Below are positions 1-8,800 of a DNA stretch of 64,000 nucleotides, piece by piece. The notes beneath the pieces were generated by a model, which made no database searches, had not been told where the DNA came from, and saw only the letters and a list, made by a program, of their open reading frames with translations. Origin of the DNA: a virus. Location of the stretch: IMG/VR virus record IMGVR_UViG_3300028584_001241; one strand, 5' to 3'. The translations under genes were made by a program, and so were the position numbers. Within the stretch, counting starts at the first letter, position 1, and each line of letters begins with the position of its first letter.

Positions 1-1
1 T

Positions 2-256
2 TTAGATGTTGATGAAAAAGATTTTATTTTATTGAATAAGTTTGAAGGCTTGCAAGATACATGTCGATATGGTGTTCATATTCATGATTGGCATATATTT
101 ACGATTGATAAAGAGATTGATATAGAAACGCTTATATTTGATAAGTCTGAAATTTCATCACTTAAATGGATAGAAATGGCTGATTTAGAAGCGTCAAAGC
201 ATATCTTTACCAAAGGTTCAAATGCAATGCTTAGAGCTATGAAATACATAGTTTAA
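2..256 (+). CDS. C-terminal part of a probable Nudix-family hydrolase, truncated by the window edge
   Basis: Frame stays open upstream of the tracked start to base 2 (LDVDEKDFILLNKF...). Pattern H.F...D.DIETL.F...EISSLKWIE..DLE resembles the Nudix C-terminal half; the Nudix box itself is outside the window. Confidence 0.45.
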   Translation, partial: LDVDEKDFILLNKFEGLQDTCRYGVHIHDWHIFTIDKEIDIETLIFDKSEISSLKWIEMADLEASKHIFTKGSNAMLRAMKYIV

Positions 257-263
257 AGTATAA

Positions 264-347
264 GCCCCGATGGCGGAATGGTAGACGCGGCGGATTCAAA
301 ATCCGTTTCCGAAAGGAGTGGGAGTTCGAGTCTCCCTCGGGGCACCA
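264..347 (+). tRNA. trnL: tRNA-Leu(CAA)
   Basis: GCCCCGA acceptor, anticodon arm GCGGA-TTCAAAA-TCCGT, long variable arm, GGAGTTCGAGTCTCC T-arm, encoded CCA. Confidence 0.95.
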
Positions 348-369
348 AATTGATGTAAAGCAATATCAC

Positions 370-453
370 GCGGAAGTGATGAAATGGTAGACTTGCTGGT
401 CTTAGAAACCAGTGCCGAGAGGCGTGTGGGTTCGAGTCCCACCTTCCGCACCA
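370..453 (+). tRNA. trnL: tRNA-Leu(TAG)
   Basis: GCGGAAG/CTTCCGC acceptor, CTGGT-CTTAGAA-ACCAG anticodon arm, encoded CCA. Confidence 0.95.
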
Positions 454-473
454 AATATAAAGTAACAAATTAT

Positions 474-557
474 GCGTTAGTGGTGGAATGGTATACACGC
501 TGGTCTAAGAAGCCAGTGCCGAAAGGATTGTGAGTTCGAGTCTCACCTAACGCACCA
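474..557 (+). tRNA. trnL: tRNA-Leu(AAG), A34 anticodon
   Basis: GCGTTAG/CTAACGC acceptor, CTGGT-CTAAGAA-GCCAG anticodon arm, long variable arm, encoded CCA. Confidence 0.92.
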
Positions 558-572
558 GATTTAAAGATATAT

Positions 573-658
573 GCCCGAATGGTGAAATTGGTAGTACACA
601 GGAGACTTAAAATCTCCCGCTGAAAGGCGTGTCGGTTCGAGTCCGTCTTCGGGTACCA
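573..658 (+). tRNA. trnL: tRNA-Leu(TAA)
   Basis: GGAGA-CTTAAAA-TCTCC anticodon arm, GTTCGAGTC T-loop, encoded CCA. Confidence 0.95.
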
Positions 659-672
659 AATTATTAGATAAT

Positions 673-757
673 ACGGAAGTGATGAAATGGTAGCACATGC
701 TGGTTTCAGAAACCAGTGCCGTGAGGCGTGTGGGTTCGAGTCCCATCTTCCGTACCA
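673..757 (+). tRNA. trnL: tRNA-Leu(CAG)
   Basis: ACGGAAG/CTTCCGT acceptor, CTGGT-TTCAGAA-ACCAG anticodon arm, encoded CCA. Confidence 0.93.
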
Positions 758-768
758 GATTTAGATAT

Positions 769-854
769 GCCCGAATGGTGAAATTGGTAGTACACAGGAG
801 ATTCAAAATCTCCCGCTGAAAAGCGTGTCGGTTCGAGTCCGACTTCGGGTACCA
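769..854 (+). tRNA. trnL: tRNA-Leu(CAA)
   Basis: GGAGA-TTCAAAA-TCTCC anticodon arm; body nearly identical to 573-658; encoded CCA. Confidence 0.95.
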
Positions 855-868
855 AATTGTTATATAAT

Positions 869-953
869 GCGGAAGTGATGAAATGGTAGTACATGCTGGT
901 CTTAGAAGCCAGTGCCGCGAGGCGTGTGGGTTCGAGTCCCACTTTCCGCACCA
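869..953 (+). tRNA. trnL: tRNA-Leu(TAG)
   Basis: CTGGT-CTTAGAA-GCCAG anticodon arm; body close to 370-453 and 673-757; encoded CCA. Confidence 0.95.
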
Positions 954-971
954 GATTATACATGTGTTTAT

Positions 972-1056
972 CCCCGGATGGTGGAATTGGTAGACACAGG
1001 AGACTTAAAATCTCCCGCTGAAAGGCGTGCCGGTTCGAGTCCGGCTCCGGGGACCA
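972..1056 (+). tRNA. trnL: tRNA-Leu(TAA)
   Basis: CCCCGGA/TCCGGGG acceptor, GGAGA-CTTAAAA-TCTCC anticodon arm, encoded CCA. Confidence 0.95.
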
Positions 1057-1060
1057 GATT

Positions 1061-1158
1061 TAATTCAATATCGAAGGTTCGAATCCTTTTCTCGTGTTTA
1101 CACGGGGTGGTGGAGTGGTAGACACGCTTGCTGAAATGCATTCTAAAATATTGAATTA
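1061..1158 (+). ncRNA. Circularly permuted tRNA-like RNA (T-arm, closed acceptor stem, D-arm, inside an 11-bp closing stem)
   Basis: 1061-1071 pairs perfectly with 1148-1158. T-arm 1073-1089 with TTCGAAT loop; 7-bp acceptor stem 1090-1096/1101-1107 closed by TTTA; then U8-G9 and D-arm GTG-GAGTGGTAGA-CAC. Confidence 0.7.
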
Positions 1159-1166
1159 CTGATTAT

Positions 1167-1252
1167 GCCCGAATGGCGAAATGGTAGACGCGGGGGACTT
1201 AAAATCCCCTTCCCGTGAGGGAGTGACGGTTCGAGTCCGTCTTCGGGCACCA
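1167..1252 (+). tRNA. trnL: tRNA-Leu(TAA)
   Basis: GCCCGAA/TTCGGGC acceptor, GGGGA-CTTAAAA-TCCCC anticodon arm, encoded CCA. Confidence 0.95.
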
Positions 1253-1260
1253 GATTTGTG

Positions 1261-1335
1261 TTGGAGTTGCCATCCTAAGCAAGATGCGGAAAAGTGCTAT
1301 TGGAACATATAGGTTCGAATCCTAGGCAGCTTCAA
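1261..1335 (+). pseudogene. Degenerate tRNA or tRNA-like element
   Basis: Terminal stem TTGGAGTTGCC/GGCAGCTTCAA, T-arm TAGG-TTCGAAT-CCTA, hairpin CATC-CTAAGCAA-GATG; no canonical anticodon arm and no CCA. Confidence 0.5.
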
Positions 1336-1358
1336 TACTTTCTTACAAAAGGTGATCT

Positions 1359-1703
1359 ATGACTAAACAGGCGAAAGGTCAAGTAGTATTAGTTAATTTA
1401 TATGACAATAGGTATTGGAATATATTCCTAGATGGAAAGCTTGTGGCGTCACCACATAAAGAAGATTTTACCGATTATGTGTTACAAAGGTCATACAGAA
1501 AAAAATGGGCAGATTCAATTGGTCTTAAAGAAGATGATTTGCGTTATAGTTTAATTGATTTATATGAATACGAAGATATTATACCAGATTATGATGCGAA
1601 TGATTTTGAAAAGTATAAAGATATCGTTAATTGCTGTAAGCTACACAACATAGGATACAGCTTTGAAAACGTTGATTTAGATTATATTGAAAAGAAGTGT
1701 TAA
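1359..1703 (+). CDS. hypothetical protein
   Basis: 114-aa ORF with AAGGTG RBS, followed by a terminator hairpin. Confidence 0.8.
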   Translation: MTKQAKGQVVLVNLYDNRYWNIFLDGKLVASPHKEDFTDYVLQRSYRKKWADSIGLKEDDLRYSLIDLYEYEDIIPDYDANDFEKYKDIVNCCKLHNIGYSFENVDLDYIEKKC

Positions 1704-1704
1704 T

Positions 1705-1729
1705 AACCGTATTCATTTACGGTTTTTTT
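1705..1729 (+). terminator. intrinsic terminator
   Basis: AACCGTA-ttcatt-TACGGTT followed by a T-run, between convergent genes. Confidence 0.75.
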
Positions 1730-1736
1730 GTATCTA

Positions 1737-2408
1737 TTAGATAACAAACATTTCAACCAATGCCAGCATTTTCAACATATCAGTTGAATATTCTACTCCT
1801 AATTTTTTTGAAATTTCTTCTCGATAAGATTCAGCAAATTTTATGAAGAAGCCATCTAAATCATTATAGTTAATTACCATTTTAAGTGTCGCATAATCAC
1901 CTTGAGTATACTTAAAATCATAAACAGACTCTCCATTAAATACAATACTGACATCCGCTTTCACTTGATAATATTGATATGTCTTTATTAGCATAATATA
2001 AACTAAATCAAAAGAGTCGATGTCTTGAATAGATTGATAATCATCAGCCAGTGTGATATTCATATGCATCTTTGTAAATCTCTGAAAATCAATATTAATA
2101 AATTTTCCATAATTTTTAATTTTCTTAAGAAGCTTTTGTAAAAATATATCATAGTCTTCTTTGATATAGGGTTTTAATATGTAACGCGAAATAATAGAAG
2201 GATCTCCTACATAAGAAACAAAAGGAACTTGATCGTGTTTTAATGTAATCGCTAAATGTGAGTTATCCATAGGTTTAGTGTTAAAAATAGAAAATTCAAC
2301 AACGTTATCCAATATAAAATGAGAAAACTCTTCTGCAATTGCTGTTAAAATATTATTATCAACGTTTAAAATATTGTCTACTTCATGTATTTTAGCTTCA
2401 TTTGTCAT
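1737..2408 (-). CDS. hypothetical protein, paralog of 2473-3111; C-terminal MxxI motif
   Basis: Shares HLAI.LK.DQ.P, RYILK.YIKEDYD, V.NYNDLDGFFIKF.E.Y with its neighbour; ends LVEMFVI. Confidence 0.85.
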   Translation of the reverse strand: MTNEAKIHEVDNILNVDNNILTAIAEEFSHFILDNVVEFSIFNTKPMDNSHLAITLKHDQVPFVSYVGDPSIISRYILKPYIKEDYDIFLQKLLKKIKNYGKFINIDFQRFTKMHMNITLADDYQSIQDIDSFDLVYIMLIKTYQYYQVKADVSIVFNGESVYDFKYTQGDYATLKMVINYNDLDGFFIKFAESYREEISKKLGVEYSTDMLKMLALVEMFVI

Positions 2409-2472
2409 TTTAATATCACCTTATAGTAGACTAGGTATTATACAAATTAATGATATTAAATCAAGATGATAT

Positions 2473-3111
2473 TTAAAAAAGAACCATGTCAACTAATGTT
2501 TTAAGTTGTGCTGTCTCAGTTGCTCGTTGAACACCTAGTTTTCGTGCAAACTTATTTTTGTACGCTTCAATAAATTTAATAAAGAAACCATCTAAGTCAT
2601 TATAGTTAACAACCATTTTAATATGTGGTTCATTATTTTTATCCATGATGAACTCATAGATTGATTCACCTTCAAACACGATGGTCACTTGAGCGTCTGG
2701 GTAAATATGTTTTTTGTCGCGTAAATGTATATCATAATCAAAACTAATAGCAGTGATATCCTTAATTGAGCGATAATTATCAGCTAAGGTAATGCTAATA
2801 GTTTTTTTCGTCTGGCGTTGAAACTGAATATTCACATAATGACCATAACGTTTCATTGTAGCGAAAATACTTTGTAAGTATTCGTCATAGTCTTCTTTGA
2901 TGTATTCTTTCAAAATATAACGACAAATAAGAGCTGGATAACCAATACCATCAACACAAGGTTCTTGATCTTCTTTTAATTTAATAGCAAGATGAAAGAC
3001 ACCAACAGGTCTAACCAATGGAATCGAGGATTCTTTTGAAAATTCTTCTAATAATCGTTCATCGAAATTGAATGCTTTGTTTATTTTATACGGTTTGGCG
3101 TCAGTGCTCAT
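2473..3111 (-). CDS. hypothetical protein, paralog of 1737-2408; C-terminal MxxF motif
   Basis: Start moved to MSTDAKPY (ATG at 3111, AAGG upstream); ends LVDMVLF. Confidence 0.85.
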   Translation of the reverse strand: MSTDAKPYKINKAFNFDERLLEEFSKESSIPLVRPVGVFHLAIKLKEDQEPCVDGIGYPALICRYILKEYIKEDYDEYLQSIFATMKRYGHYVNIQFQRQTKKTISITLADNYRSIKDITAISFDYDIHLRDKKHIYPDAQVTIVFEGESIYEFIMDKNNEPHIKMVVNYNDLDGFFIKFIEAYKNKFARKLGVQRATETAQLKTLVDMVLF

Positions 3112-3207
3112 AGATAATAATACCTTGTATATGTTCAATAATATCAAAAAATGTCAATATTATCAAGTATAATAACAATCCTTTATTATTATTCAAAAAA
3201 TAAAAGA

Positions 3208-3236
3208 TTGTATAATTATCACTTTTGTATTATAAT
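3208..3236 (+). promoter_or_regulatory. sigma70-type promoter
   Basis: TTGTAT-17 nt-TATAAT upstream of 3272. Confidence 0.65.
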
Positions 3237-3271
3237 AATATAGTTAACTAATAGAAACTAATGAGGAACAA

Positions 3272-3892
3272 ATGACTACTAAAAATGAAATTGTAATTAA
3301 AGCATACATGGCTGGCCCTGATGTCTTTCACCCTGACGCTAAGATTAACGCTGAAGTAACACGTCTACTTTGTGAGAAACATGGCATTATTGCTTTAATT
3401 CCACTTGATAATGAAGTTTCAACAGATAACACACCCAGTCAAATATCCCAAGAAATCTATGAAAAGAATACAAACTTGATGGACTCAGCAGACTTATTTA
3501 TTGTCAATATGTCTCCATTTCGTGGACCATCCACTGATGTGGGTACCGCTTTTGAAATGGGTTATGCTGCAGCACAGAAAAAGAAAGTGTTTGCTTTTAC
3601 ATCTGATCTACGTCCTTACAAAGAACGTGTTGAAGAACATATGAAAACGGCGGGTAATGATGGTCAAGCTATTGAAGACTTCGGAAACGTTGACAATACC
3701 ATGTTGGATAAAAGTGTTGTTGAAATTAAAAGTGAGCTTTCGGCTGTATTGGAATCACCTAAGTTTAAAAGTTTCATCTTTATGTTAAGAAAACAAAAAG
3801 AAGAGTTAGCTGAAAAAGCAGAACTAGACCCAGAACACAACCTTGTTAAAATCCCAAGACCAGAGAAAAACAGAACCTTGAAAAATAGTTAA
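3272..3892 (+). CDS. nucleoside 2-deoxyribosyltransferase family protein
   Basis: YMAGPDVF, ADLFIVNMSPFRG, D.GTAFEMGYA.A..K.V motifs. Confidence 0.85.
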   Translation: MTTKNEIVIKAYMAGPDVFHPDAKINAEVTRLLCEKHGIIALIPLDNEVSTDNTPSQISQEIYEKNTNLMDSADLFIVNMSPFRGPSTDVGTAFEMGYAAAQKKKVFAFTSDLRPYKERVEEHMKTAGNDGQAIEDFGNVDNTMLDKSVVEIKSELSAVLESPKFKSFIFMLRKQKEELAEKAELDPEHNLVKIPRPEKNRTLKNS

Positions 3893-3897
3893 AAAAG

Positions 3898-3920
3898 AAA
3901 AGCCAGTTTATACTGGCTTT
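3898..3920. terminator. bidirectional intrinsic terminator
   Basis: AAAGCCAGT-tta-TACTGGCTTT-type hairpin between convergent ORFs. Confidence 0.7.
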
Positions 3921-5083
3921 ATTGTTTTCTTCTGTTTAATTTTGTTATCCCAATCTTTTAATTCAATTGTTTTAAAGTTATCTTTATCTGATTTATAATC
4001 ATCAATTGTCTCATAAAACCTAACAACTTGATAACCATATTCCTTTAATTTTTCTAACAACAGTTTCTTCTGGAATTCTGGTGTTCGTGATTCTGATTTT
4101 TCGATTCCATACTTTATAAAATAATCATCTTTTAATACCATGAATGGATTTATTTTAGCTTTGAAATCCATCTTGTCAGTATGAGTCAAGATATTTCTAG
4201 AATATAAATCGTCTGCTAATTTTAGAAAATAAGTTTTACCATATTCATTATCATAAGCATCGTCATCATCAGTGAATGGCGTATTGTTATAAAGTAATCC
4301 AATATTCAATGTCTTAATACCGCTTAAGCTATCTTTAATACCAAATTTTTTAGTCAAATAGTCGTTTGGTTGCTCTATATTGAGTTCATTCTTAAAATTC
4401 ATTATCAAACAATTTAACAATGCGTTTGTTTCTTCTCTTAATGTATCATTTCTGGTTCTTAGTGTTTCTAGTGATTGGGTGTAAGTTTCAGTTTCCATTT
4501 CAAATATAGGAACTATCTCATCACTAAATTCTCTATTAAGAATAAAGAGTTCATGTTCTAGTGTTTGTAATTCATTTGCACTACGATCACGTTCAGATAC
4601 TCTGTATGTGTATAGATCATTATCTGACATTGAACTACTTATCATAGATTCTGCTATCTCTAATTCACATTCTTTATTGGTTATTTTTTGTGTAAGTTCA
4701 TTATATGTTTTATAAGCAACATCCCAACGTTCAATAACTCTGTTAACATCTCTTTCCTGATAATCAATATCCACACTAAATTCCAATAACTCTTTAATGT
4801 TATCAATCATTAAATCAATTTCTAAATCAGCTTTAAGAGCTTTAACACTATCAGGTAAGTTTTCATAGCAGGCAATTACACCAGTCACCCATTTATTTAA
4901 GCCATCAACTACTTCAAATAGATCCATTGAATAAACGGGTAATGATTCTGGATTATAGCTTATATCAATATCATAAGCCCTTGAACAGTTTTTACCTTGA
5001 AATATAAGAGGGTTGATGTATGGGCATGTAAACGGATGTGTCTCATGTAAACCAAGCAATGTATCTATGAGTATTTGTTTCAT
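3908..5083 (-). CDS. hypothetical coiled-coil protein with Lys-rich C-terminal tail
   Basis: 391-aa ORF, heptad-rich middle, ends KIKQKKTIKPV. Confidence 0.8.
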   Translation of the reverse strand: MKQILIDTLLGLHETHPFTCPYINPLIFQGKNCSRAYDIDISYNPESLPVYSMDLFEVVDGLNKWVTGVIACYENLPDSVKALKADLEIDLMIDNIKELLEFSVDIDYQERDVNRVIERWDVAYKTYNELTQKITNKECELEIAESMISSSMSDNDLYTYRVSERDRSANELQTLEHELFILNREFSDEIVPIFEMETETYTQSLETLRTRNDTLREETNALLNCLIMNFKNELNIEQPNDYLTKKFGIKDSLSGIKTLNIGLLYNNTPFTDDDDAYDNEYGKTYFLKLADDLYSRNILTHTDKMDFKAKINPFMVLKDDYFIKYGIEKSESRTPEFQKKLLLEKLKEYGYQVVRFYETIDDYKSDKDNFKTIELKDWDNKIKQKKTIKPV

Positions 5084-5154
5084 AATAGAATGAGTAATTG
5101 TTTACTACAATATAGCATAATTTTGATTTTAATCCAATTAGAAGCAATCTTGAA

Positions 5155-5760
5155 TTATTGAAAGAATGCTATACAATTTGATAGTTCCTGATTTAAAGGC
5201 AATAAGTCTTTATCCTTGATGAGTTCTTTTACTTTCGTAGATTGTTTATTATATTTAATTTTTTCTAAGTATAAAGCATTAAGATTAAATTCGCTATCAA
5301 AGACAATCTCTATAATATTCAATTTATTCTTTGATGGTTTCGATAAATGAAAGATAACGTCCATTAATTTATAGTTCTCATCAAATTTTAGAAGACATTT
5401 AGCATTAAACGATTTAAAATAAATATCATCTTGAATGAGATGGAAGCTTTTAATAGGTTCATCAATCGCTAATCTGTAAAATTCATTAAAGATATTCCAC
5501 TGCCCATTCTCGTTGTCTACAATATAATCACCAACAAACTCACGATGAACGTTTTTCATAAGTTTTTTTATTTCATTTTTATCAAGTTTGAAATGAGTGC
5601 CTACTTTATAAATGGAATCAATTACTTTTGAATAGGCGAGATTGTTCATATCAGCGACCATATTGTCAAAATAGATCTTAACATCATTTGATGACTGTAA
5701 TGAAGACAACCAGTACATGGTAGTTGGTTTCATATTAACTGGAAAATGAATGTGTAACAT
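5155..5760 (-). CDS. hypothetical protein
   Basis: 201-aa ORF; FDENYKL...I.FD..FNL pattern loosely shared with 20638-21627. Confidence 0.75.
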   Translation of the reverse strand: MLHIHFPVNMKPTTMYWLSSLQSSNDVKIYFDNMVADMNNLAYSKVIDSIYKVGTHFKLDKNEIKKLMKNVHREFVGDYIVDNENGQWNIFNEFYRLAIDEPIKSFHLIQDDIYFKSFNAKCLLKFDENYKLMDVIFHLSKPSKNKLNIIEIVFDSEFNLNALYLEKIKYNKQSTKVKELIKDKDLLPLNQELSNCIAFFQ

Positions 5761-5860
5761 AGCATCACCTGCTCTTTTGGCTTATATTTTTATATTATCA
5801 TTTAATTGTTAAAGATCAAAAAAATCACTCGAAAGTGATTGATTTGATGATAACTAAAAT

Positions 5861-8800
5861 TTACTCGTTTTTCTTTATGAATGTTGAAGCTGATTGTCCT
5901 TCACCTAAACTGTCAATATCATTGTTATCAATTGCCATAATACTAATAAGGCCATTTATATTAGAGTCGGCTAACATTCTAGCAGCTTGAGAACCTTCAC
6001 TTGCTTTCGTATTAATGTCCTGCGATTCAAGTGTTGAATCATTTAATTCAATAACGATTGATTCAAAAGGAACATCATCTATAACATAGTTTTCAATGGT
6101 AATAATTTTAGTAGTATCATTATAAATATTCAAATTATTAGGGTTTACTATATCATATTCAAATCTAATATTGACTTCATCATAATCATACAAGTTTAAA
6201 TTGATACTAGTTTCATGATTTTCCAAGACAATTGTATCATAACCATTACCATCATCATAATTGATAGAATTAAATCCATGATTATTGATATTTATAATAT
6301 CGTTACCTAAACCACCATAAACATCAGCGGCCATTATATTAGATGATAGGTTGATAACATCATCTCCATCACCAGCAGAAATCATAGCTACTGCCTGTTC
6401 AGATGTTAAAAAATCATTATTATCTGTTCCATCAACCATTGTTAATGTTCTAAATAAAGTCATCATATTAATGGAATTTCCTGAAGATAGATAACTAATT
6501 TTAAATTGGTTAGCATTAAAATTGGGTATAGTAAATATCATCTCATTTTTATGTAATATATTTAGAGTTATCTGTCCATTGTCGAATCCAGTAACATAAG
6601 AAATATCGGATTCTAACATGGTATCTGCCAATAATATTTTATAGTTACTATTATCATCATTATTGATTATTTCATGACCATCTCCTTCAAAATAATAAAT
6701 ATTGTTAATAATATCTGGATAATATGCATGGCTTGTTAAATTAATAATGTCGTTCCCTTTACCACCATAAATATTATTATCTGCTTTTGGGTTGATAGTA
6801 ATAATATCATCACCATCAGTATTGCTGCCGCCTCCATTATCACCTTCATCATCAATACCATACATCCAAATAAAAATTTCCTGTTGCGTAAACGATTTGT
6901 CTGCCATATGAATGTTAATATTAGACTTATCTACTTCGTCAATTCTCATAATTTTCAGACCCTTGTAATATAAATACAGATAATCATTTTCATTTGATGT
7001 TGTTAAAAACTCTGATGACATATTTATTAAGTTAATATCAATATTTTTAGAATAACCATCAATAATATCAATGCCATCACCTTCTGTATAATCTAAAATA
7101 CTGTGTTCACTGTTACTTCCAAATATAAATTTATCGTTACCTTTATTACCGTTTAAATGATATGAACCTTCTGACACATCGAAATAGTCAATAAGATCAC
7201 TACCAGTATAAATGCCATTTTCGTAAAAAGGTGTTCCACCTAATTGCTCAGATAACGATGAAGTAATGTAACTATCAACGATTTCACCATCAGAAAATAT
7301 TAATTTCGCATTATCAATATTACTAAGGGTTAATATTTTTATTGAATCTAAATATAAATCATAAGTCTTATCACCAATATGACTATATTTTACATTATAT
7401 TTCAAGATGTTAGTTCCAAATATTATTTCATATTTACTAACAGAATTAACAATATCAGCACCATCACCTCTGTTGTAATACAAGACGTTTTTGTTGCTAC
7501 CAATAAAATTAATAGTGTCATTACCTTTGCCAGCAACAATATAGGTGTCTGTTGTTAATCCCTGAATAACTTCCCCATTATCGGTACCATATATAGTTGA
7601 TGTTAAACTGACTACATCAGTTTTTGAGAGAGTTTTATCAGTAGCTTTAAATAGTATGTTAGATATTAAGAATCCATTGATAGTGAAAATTTGCTCATTG
7701 GCTAAATAAACTTTAAGAACTTTGCTATTTGTTATAACATCATCTATCATTTTAAAAGATAATTCAGTAGAGCTAATATTCCCAAGACGTATTTCTATAT
7801 TTTCAGTATTGCTGGTAATAGTATCTAATCCATCACCACGATTGTATTCTATAATATGTGTATAAGAATTTCTCGGTTTAGTGCCAAAATCAATTTCATC
7901 ATTTCCTTTACCTGCTTTAATACGATATGCTTTGTTGTCAGTAGCATAAACAATATCATTGCCATCGGTTCCTATATAAATACCACTGTCAACATGGACG
8001 CCTTGATTGTTGGTGTCCCCTATTGAATCGTAACCAATACCTGTAACATCCACTATTGCTGTGGCTTGCATTAAATTTGATTTTTTCAAAACTTCAAATA
8101 GGGTAGAAAGTTGCTCTGATGTATATTGGCGTCCAGAAACAGTAACAGTATCGGGAAGAAAAGTAAATTCAACATTATTTAAGTAATATTTATTATTTGA
8201 AATTCTAGCTGAAAGTGGTTTTGTAGATGTTAAATGTATATTGTCACCATTAAAAGAACTGGTTGCACTTACAGTATCAAGGTTAATATTTACAGCATTA
8301 ACATTGGTAAAAATAGCACCATTATAAGAACCACTGATAATATTAATCGTATCACTATTAGTAGCTGATAAAAACATTGAGTTATATCCGCTATTAGAAA
8401 TCTCAATTAAATTTGCATTATCTACCATTAAAGAGTTTCCATACATGCTAAGTCCTAATAAAATATTACCATTTACATCAGTACCTTTTACTGTAACTCC
8501 TGCATAACTAGCATTTAACGATTTAACAGATTTTGCTCCAAAAAATAAATCACTCGTTGATGTTAATACTGCTGAACCAACTGAACCATCGACTGAAATA
8601 GAGTTTTTACTACCGTTTACATTTAAAACATCAATATTGGTATTTAATGAAGTTAGACGTAAATTGCCAGATGAAGTATAACTTGAAATATTTGAATTGT
8701 TGATTTCAATAACTGATTGTTCATACATTCTTATACTTTGTGTAAAATTAAACGTCTTAACATTATCTAGTATGTTATTAACACCTTCAAAAAAACCATT

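Noticed and set aside
253-1121. ORFs 253-498, 561-806, 706-963 and 912-1121
   Set aside because: They are shadow translations of the tRNA genes (repeated GxEPT/GFES-type patterns are antisense T- and D-loops).
264-1252. Roughly 100-bp periodic repeats that might be a CRISPR array
   Set aside because: The repeats are complete cloverleaf tRNAs with short AT-rich spacers, and there are no cas genes in the window.
370-1252. TAG/TAA anticodons as stop-codon suppressors or evidence of recoding
   Set aside because: Anticodons TAG and TAA read CTA and TTA (Leu). No CTA, TTA or TCA anticodon is present, and ORFs are long and contiguous under the standard code.
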